DNA of 64,000 nucleotides. Source: Botryllus schlosseri (Eukaryota). The translations under genes and the position numbers were made by a program. The stretch covers positions 35,094,001 through 35,158,000 of the forward strand of contig CM119371.1 of assembly GCA_051294905.1 (NCBI GenBank), written 5' to 3'. Numbering within the stretch: the first letter of the stretch is position 1; each line of letters begins with the position of its first letter. A model generated the notes under the pieces. That model was given only the letters and a program-made list of their open reading frames with translations. It had not been told where the DNA came from and ran no database searches. Below are positions 56,811 to 64,000 of this stretch, one piece after another.

Positions 56811-57020
56811 GATACTCGCGCAATTTCTCTGAAAAGTAGAGATGAAATTCGACTCGAACTAGACGGTAGAATTGGCTAAAACTAGGTTCGATTATGCTTT
56901 GGGACAAGACTCGACTCCTGTACGTGGTTAAAAGTGGAGCACTTGTATATAATAGAAATATCGGCGTCTTTAATCCGAGAGCTATACGTGTAATTTTGCG
57001 AAAGACGTTGGCCAGGTGAT

Positions 57021-57225
57021 AATCGCACGGATTCTTTTGAAACTACACTCTAATTTCAACCGGAACAAGACGGTAGAATTCGATGAAACTTAGTTCGAAC
57101 ATGATTCAGGACAAGCTTCGACTCGTGTACGTGTCTTCGTTTTGATGCCGTATCGATAATTTATATGATGACATCTTAAATCAGATGGCCATGTGCTAAT
57201 TTTCGACAAACATTGGCGGAGTGAT
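57021..57225. repeat. Type-B monomer, copy 7
   Basis: Same subtype as copy 6; lies 1 A unit after it. Confidence 0.93.
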
Positions 57226-58065
57226 GATACTCGCGCAATTTCTCTGAAAAGTAGAGATGAAATTCGACTCGAACTAGACGGTAGAATGGGCTAAAACTCG
57301 GTTCGATTATGCTTTGGGACAAGACTCGACTCCTGTACGTGGTTAAAAGTGGAGCACTTGTCTATAATAGAAATATCGGCGTCTTTAATCCGAGAGCTAT
57401 ACGTGTAATTTTGCGAAAGACGTTGGCCAGGTGATGATACTCGCGCAATTTCTCTGAAAAGTAGAGATGAAATTCGACTCGAACTAGACGGTAGAATTGG
57501 CTAAAACTAGGTTCGATTATGCTTTGGGACAAGACTCGACTCCTGTGCGTGGTTAAAAGTGGAGCACTTGTATAGAATAGAAATATCGGCGTCTTTAATC
57601 CGAGAGCCATACGTGTAATTTTGCGAAAGACGTTGGCCAGGTGATGATACTCGCGCATTTTCTCTGAAGAGTAGAGATGAAATTCGACTCGAACTAGACG
57701 GTAGAATTGGCTAAAACTCGGTTTGATTATGCTTTGGGACAAGCCTCGACTCCTGTACGTGGTTAAAAGTGGAGCACTTGTCTATAATAGAAATATCGGC
57801 GTCTTTAATCCGAGAGCTATACGTGTAATTTTGCGAAAGACGTTGGCCAGGTGATGATACTCGCGCAATTTCTCTGAAAAGTAGAGATGAAATTCGACTC
57901 GAACTAGACGGTAGAATTGGCTAAAACTAGGTTCGATTATGCTTTGGGACAAGACTCGACTCCTGTACGTGGTTAAAAGTGGAGCATTTGTCTATAATAG
58001 AAATATCGGCGTCTTTAATCCGAGAGCTATACGTGTAATTTTGCGAAAGACGTTGGCCAGGTGAT

Positions 58066-58270
58066 AATCGCACGGAATCTTTTGAAACTACACTCTAATT
58101 TCAACCGGAACAAGACGGTAGAATTCGATGAAACTTAGTTCGAACATGATTCAGGACAAGCTTCGACTCGTGTACGTGTCTACGTTTTGATGCCGTATCG
58201 ATAATTTAAATGGTGACATCTTAAATCAGACGGCCATGTGCTAATTTTCGACAAACATTGGCGGAGTGAT
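58066..58270. repeat. Type-B monomer, copy 8
   Basis: Same variants as copy 3 (offset 5854); lies 4 A units after copy 7. Confidence 0.93.
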
Positions 58271-59529
58271 GATACTCGCGCAATTTCTCTGAAAAGTAGA
58301 GATGAAATTCGACTCGAACTAGACGGTAGAATTGGATAAAACTAGGTTCGATTATGCTTTGGGACAAGACTCGACTCCTGTACGTGGTTAAAAGTGGAGC
58401 ACTTGTCTATAATAGAAATATCGGCGTCTTTAATCCGAGAGCTATACGTGTAATTTTGCGAAAGACGTTGGCCAGGTGATGATACACGCGCAATTTCTCT
58501 GAAAAGTAGAGATGAAATTCGACTCGAACTAGACGGTAGAATTGGCTAAAACTAGGTTCGATTATGCTTTGGGACAAGACTCGACTCCTGTACGTGGTTA
58601 AAAGTGGAGCACTTGTATATAATAGAAATATCGGCGTCTTTAATCCGAGAGCTATACGTGTAATTTTGCGGAAGACGTTGGCCAGGTGATGATACTCGCG
58701 CTATTTCTCTGAAAAGTAGAGATGAAATTCGCTTCGCACTAGACGGCAGAATTGGCCAAAACTCGGTTCGATTATGCTTTGGGACAAGCCTCGACTCCTG
58801 TACGTGGTTAAAAGTGGAGCACTTGTCTATAATAGAAATATCGGCGTCTTTAATCCGAGAGCTATACGTGTAATTTTGCGAAAGACGTTGGCCAGGTGAT
58901 GATACTCGCGCAATTTCTCTGAAAAGTAGAGATGAAATTCGACTCGAACTAGACGGTAGAATTGGCTAAAACTAGGTTCGATTATGCTTTGGGACAAGAC
59001 TCGACTCCTGTACGTGGTTAAAAGTGGAGTACTTGTATATAATAGAAATATTGGCGTCTTTAATCCGAGAGCTATACGTGTAATTTTGCGAAAGACGTTG
59101 GCCAGGTGATGATACTCGCGCTATTTCTCTGAAAAGTAGAGATGAAATTCGACTCGAACTAGACGGTAGAATTGGCTAAAACTCGGTTCGATTATGCTTT
59201 GGGACAAGCCTCGACTCCTGTACGTGGTTAAAAGTGGAGCACTTGTCTATAATAGAAATATCGGCGTCTTTAATCCGAGAGCTATACGTGTAATTTTGCG
59301 AAAGACATTGGCCAGGTGATGATACTCGCGCTATTTCTCTGAAAAGTAGAGATGAAATTCGACTCGAACTAGACGGTAGAATTGTCTAAAACTAGGTTCG
59401 ATTATGCTTTGGGACAAGACTCGACTCCTGTACGTGTTAAAAGTGGAGCACTTGTCTATAATAGAAATATCGGCGTCTTTAATCCGAGAGCTATACGTGT
59501 AATTTTGCGAAAGACGTTGGCCAGGTGAT

Positions 59530-59734
59530 AATCGCACGGATTCTTTTGAAACTACACTCTAATTTCAACCGGAACAAGACGATAGATTTCGATGAAACTT
59601 AGTTCGAACATGATTCAGGACAAGCTTCGACTCGTGTACGTGTCTTCGTTTTGATGCCGTATCGATAATTTATATGATGACATCTTAAATCAGATGGCCA
59701 TGTGCTAATTTTCGACAAACATTGGCGGAGTGAT
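59530..59734. repeat. Type-B monomer, copy 9
   Basis: Shares the GACGATAG variant and the upstream 1 bp deletion with copy 4 (offset 5854). Confidence 0.93.
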
Positions 59735-61834
59735 GATACTCGCGCAATTTCTCTGAAAAGTAGAGATGAAATTCGACTCGAACTAGACGGTAGAATTGGC
59801 TAAAACTCGGTTCGATTATGCTTTGGGACAAGACTCGACTCCTGTACGTGGTTAAAAGTGGAGCACTTGTCTATAATAGAAATATCGGCGTCTTTAATCC
59901 GAGAGCTATACGTGTAATTTTGCGAAAGACGTTGGCCAGGTGATGATACTCGCGCAATTTCTCTGAAAAGTAGAGATGAAATTCGACTCGAACTAGACGG
60001 TAGAATTGGCTAAAACTAGGTTCGATTATGCTTTGGGACAAGACTCGACTCCTGTACGTGGTTAAAAGTGGAGCACTTGTATAGAATAGAAATATCGGCG
60101 TCTTTAATCCGAGAGCCATACGTGTAATTTTGCGAAAGACGTTGGCCAGGTGATGATACTCGCGCATTTTCTCTGAAAAGTAGAGATGAAATTCGACTCG
60201 AACTAGACGGTAGAATTGGCTAAAACTCGGTTCGATTATGCTTTGGGACAAGCCTCGACTCCTGTACGTGGTTAAAAGTGGAGTACTTGTATAGAATAGA
60301 AATATCGGCGTCTTTAATCCGAGAGCTATACGTGTAATTTTGCGAAAGACGTTGGCCAGGTGATGATACTCGCGCAATTTCTCTGAAAAGTAGAGATGAA
60401 ATTCGACTCGAACTAGACGGTAGAATTGGCTAAAACTCGGTTCGATTATGCTTTGGGACAAACCTCGACTCCTGTACGTGGTTAAAAGTGGAGTATTTGT
60501 CTATAATAGAAATATCGGCGTCTTTAATCCGAGAGCTATACGTGTAATTTTGCGAAAGACGTTGGCCAGGTGATGATACTCGCGCAATTTCTCTGAAAAG
60601 TAGAGATGAAATTCGACTCGAACTAGACGGTAGAATTGGCTAAAACTAGGTTCGATTATGCTTTGGGACAAGACTCGACTCCTGTACGTGGTTAAAAGTG
60701 GAGCACTTGTATAGAATAGAAATATCGGCGTCTTTAATCCGAGAGCTATACGTGTAATTTTGCGAAAGACGTTGGCCAGGTGATGATACTCGCGCAATTT
60801 CTCTCAAAAGTAGAGATGAAATTCGACTCGAACTAGACGGTAGAATTGGCTAAAACTCGGTTCGATTATGCTTTGGGACAAGACTCGACTCCTGTACGTG
60901 GTTAAAAGTGGAGTACTTGTCTATAATAGAAATATCGGCGTCTTTAATCCGAGAGCTATACGTGTAATTTTGCGGAAGACGTTGGCCAGGTGATGATACT
61001 CGCGCTATTTCTCTGAAAAGTAGAGATGAAATTCGCTTCGCACTAGACGGCAGAATTGGCCAAAACTCGGTTCGATTATGCTTTGGGACAAGCCTCGACT
61101 CCTGTACGTGGTTAAAAGTGGAGCACTTGTCTATAATAGAAATATCGGCGTCTTTAATCCGAGAGCTATACGTGTAATTTTGCGAAAGACGTTGGCCAGG
61201 TGATGATACTCGCGCAATTTCTCTGAAAAGTAGAGATGAAATTCGACTCGAACTAGACGGTAGAATTGGCTAAAACTAGGTTCGATTATGCTTTGGGACA
61301 AGACTCGACTCCTGTACGTGGTTAAAAGTGGAGTACTTGTATATAATAGAAATATCGGCGTCTTTAATCCGAGAGCTATACGTGTAATTTTGCGAAAGAC
61401 GTTGGCCAGGTGATGATACTCGCGCTATTTCTCTGAAAAGTAGAGATGAAATTCGACTCGAACTAGACGGTAGAATTGGCTAAAACTCGGTTCGATTATG
61501 CTTTGGGACAAGCCTCGACTCCTGTACGTGGTTAAAAGTGGAGCACTTGTCTATAATAGAAATATCGGCGTCTTTAATCCGAGAGCTATACGTGTAATTT
61601 TGCGAAAGACATTGGCCAGGTGATGATACTCGCGCTATTTCTCTGAAAAGTAGAGATGAAATTCGACTCGAACTAGACGGTAGAATTGTCTAAAACTAGG
61701 TTCGATTATGCTTTGGGACAAGACTCGACTCCTGTACGTGGTTAAAAGTGGAGCACTTGTCTATAATAGAAATATCGGCGTCTTTAATCCGAGAGCTATA
61801 CGTGTAATTTTGCGAAAGACGTTGGCCAGGTGAT

Positions 61835-62039
61835 AATCGCACGGATTCTTTTGAAACTACACTCTAATTTCAACCGGAACAAGACGGTAGAATTCGATGA
61901 AACTTAGTTCGAACATGATTCAGGACAAGCTTCGACTCGTGTTTGTGTCTACGTTTTGATGCCGTATCGATAATTTAAATGGTGACATCTTAAATCAGAC
62001 GGCCATGTGCTAATTTTCGACAAACATTGGCGGAGTGAT
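61835..62039. repeat. Type-B monomer, copy 10
   Basis: Same GTGTTTGTG variant as copy 5 (offset 5854). Confidence 0.93.
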
Positions 62040-63509
62040 GATACTCGCGCAATTTCTCTGAAAAGTAGAGATGAAATTCGACTCGAACTAGACGGTAGAA
62101 TTGGCTAAAACTCGGTTCGATTATGCTTTGGGACGAGACTCGACTCCTGTACGTGGTTAAAAGTGGAGCACTTGTCTATAATGGAAATATCGGCGTCTTT
62201 AATCCGAGAGCTATACGTGTAATTTTGCGAAAGACGTTGGCAAGGTGATGATACACGCGCAATTTCTCTGAAAAGTAGAGATGAAATTCGACTCGAACTA
62301 GACGGTAGAATTGGCTAAAACTAGGTTCGATTATGCTTTGGGACAAGACTCGACTCCTGTGCGTGGTTAAAAGTGGAGCACTTGTATAGAATAGAAATAT
62401 CGGCGTCTTTAATCCGAGAGCCATACGTGTAATTTTGCGAAAGACGTTGGCCAGGTGATGATACTCGCGCATTTTCTCTGAAAAGTAGAGATGAAATTCG
62501 ACTCGAACTAGACGGTAGAATTGGCTAAAACTCGGTTCGATTATGCTTTGGGACAAGCCTCGACTCCTGTACGTGGTTAAAAGTGGAGTACTTGTATAGA
62601 ATAGAAATATCGGCGTCTTTAATCCGAGAGCTATACGTGTAATTTTGCGAAAGACGTTGGCCAGGTGATGATACTCGCGCATTTTCTCTGAAAAGTAGAG
62701 ATGAAATTCGACTCGAACTAGACGGTAGAATTGGCTAAAACTCGGTTCGATTATGCTTTGGGACAAGCCTCGACTCCTGTACGTGGTTAAAAGTGGAGTA
62801 TTTGTCTATAATAGAAATATCGGCGTCTTTAATCCGAGAGCTATACGTGTAATTTTGCGAAAGACGTTGGCCAGGTGATGATACTCGCGCAATTTCTCTG
62901 AAAAGTAGAGATGAAATTCGACTCGAACTAGACGGTAGAATTGGCTAAAACTAGGTTCGATTATGCTTTGGGACAAGACTCGACTCCTGTACGTGGTTAA
63001 AAGTGGAGCACTTGTATAGAATAGAAATATCGGCGTCTTTAATCCGAGAGCTATACGTGTAATTTTGCGAAAGACGTTGGCCAGGTGATGATACTCGCGC
63101 AATTTCTCTCAAAAGTAGAGATGAAATTCGACTCGAACTAGACGGTAGAATTGGCTAAAACTCGGTTCGATTATGCTTTGGGACAAGCCTCGACTCCTGC
63201 ACGTGGTTAAAAGTGGAGCACTTGTCTATAATAGAAATATCGACGTCTTTAATCCGAGAGCTATACGTGTAATTTTGCGAAAGACGTTGGCCAGGTGATG
63301 ATACTCGCGCAATTTCTCTGAAAAGTAGAGATGAAATTCGACTCGAACTAGACGGTAGAATTGGCTAAAACTAGGTTCGATTATGCTTTGGGACAAGACT
63401 CGACTCCTGTACGTGGGTAAAAGTGGAGCACTTGTCTATAATAGAAATATCGGCGTCTTTAATCCGAGAGCTATACGTGTAATTTTGCGAAAGACGTTGG
63501 CCAGGTGAT

Positions 63510-63714
63510 AATCGCACGGATTCTTTTGAAACTACACTCTAATTTCAACCGGAACAAGACGGTAGAATTCGATGAAACTTAGTTCGAACATGATTCAGGA
63601 CAAGCTTCGACTCGTGTACGTGTCTTCGTTTTGATGCCGTATCGATAATTTATATGATGACATCTTAAATCAGATGGCCATGTGCTAATTTTCGACAAAC
63701 ATTGGCGGAGTGAT
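63510..63714. repeat. Type-B monomer, copy 11
   Basis: Same unit, TTTATATGATG subtype; lies 7 A units after copy 10. Confidence 0.93.
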
Positions 63715-64000
63715 GATACTCGCGCAATTTCTCTGAAAAGTAGAGATGAAATTCGACTCGAACTAGACGGTAGAATTGGCTAAAACTCGGTTCGATTATG
63801 CTTTGGGACAAGACTCGACTCCCGTACGTGGTTAAAAGTGGAGCACTTGTCTATAATAGAAATATCGGCGTCTTTAATCCGAGAGCTATACGTGTAATTT
63901 TGCGAAAGACGTTGGCCAGGTGATGATACTCGCGCATTTTCTCTGAAAAGTAGAGATGAAATTCGACTCGAACTAGACGGTAGAATTGGCTAAAACTAGG

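Larger units (their letters stand above)
51806..62360. repeat. Direct duplication of a ~4.7 kb A/B block (about 51806-56506 and 57660-62360, offset 5854 bp)
   Basis: Both copies share private variants TGAAGAGTAG, ACTCGGTTTG, ATTGGATAAA, a 1 bp deletion (TACGTGTTAAAA at ~53582/~59436) and B subtypes 3/8, 4/9, 5/10. ORF pairs 53477/59331 and 54017/59871 agree. Confidence 0.92.
1..64000. repeat. Tandem satellite DNA array, ~210 bp monomer, about 305 monomers, single orientation, open at both window ends
   Basis: The consensus TCGGCGTCTTTAATCCGAGAGCTATACGTG...GGAGCACTTGTCTATAATAGAAATA recurs at 1, 211, 421, etc. No unique sequence or inversion is seen anywhere in the window. Confidence 0.99.
49342..64000. 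repeat. Domain 2: composite satellite of type-A monomers (about 59) interspersed with 11 divergent 205 bp type-B monomers
   Basis: The register shifts by 5 bp at each B copy. A monomers here carry variants not seen in domain 1 (GCTTCGCACTAGACGGCAGAATTGGCC, GGAGTACTT, ACTTGTATAG, GAGCCATACG, AAGACATTGG). Confidence 0.96.

Noticed and set aside
617..63102. Dozens of minus-strand ORFs encoding a 70-aa repeat (SQSIIEPSFSQFYRLVRVEFHLYFSEK...)
   Set aside because: The 210 bp period is divisible by 3, so the frame repeats. ORF ends are set by common TAG-creating variants at monomer positions 71-73 and 197-199. The longest ORF is 196 aa, I recognise no domain, and many variants are nonsynonymous or nonsense.
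1..64000. CRISPR array or repeat-spacer system
   Set aside because: There are no unique spacers, the unit is 210 bp of contiguous homologous sequence, and no cas or other genes are present.

Overview
The whole 64 kb window is one head-to-tail tandem satellite DNA array, most likely eukaryotic (peri)centromeric or heterochromatic. I cannot assign the family or organism. The main monomer (type A) is 210 bp and about 43% GC by hand count. I find no supportable protein-coding gene, RNA gene, CRISPR array or transposon; every ORF in the track is a by-product of the 210 bp (70-codon) period. The array has two domains. Domain 1 (1-49338) is about 235 near-identical A monomers in unbroken 210 bp register, with variable higher-order repeats (8-, 10-, 18-mers) and multi-kb block duplications. 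At 49339-49341 an out-of-register junction (net +81 bp) joins it to domain 2 (49342-64000). Domain 2 has a different set of A variants and 11 single copies of a divergent, collinear 205 bp monomer (type B, about two-thirds identical to A by manual alignment), always with the same boundaries. The interest here is array architecture and evolution, not genes.
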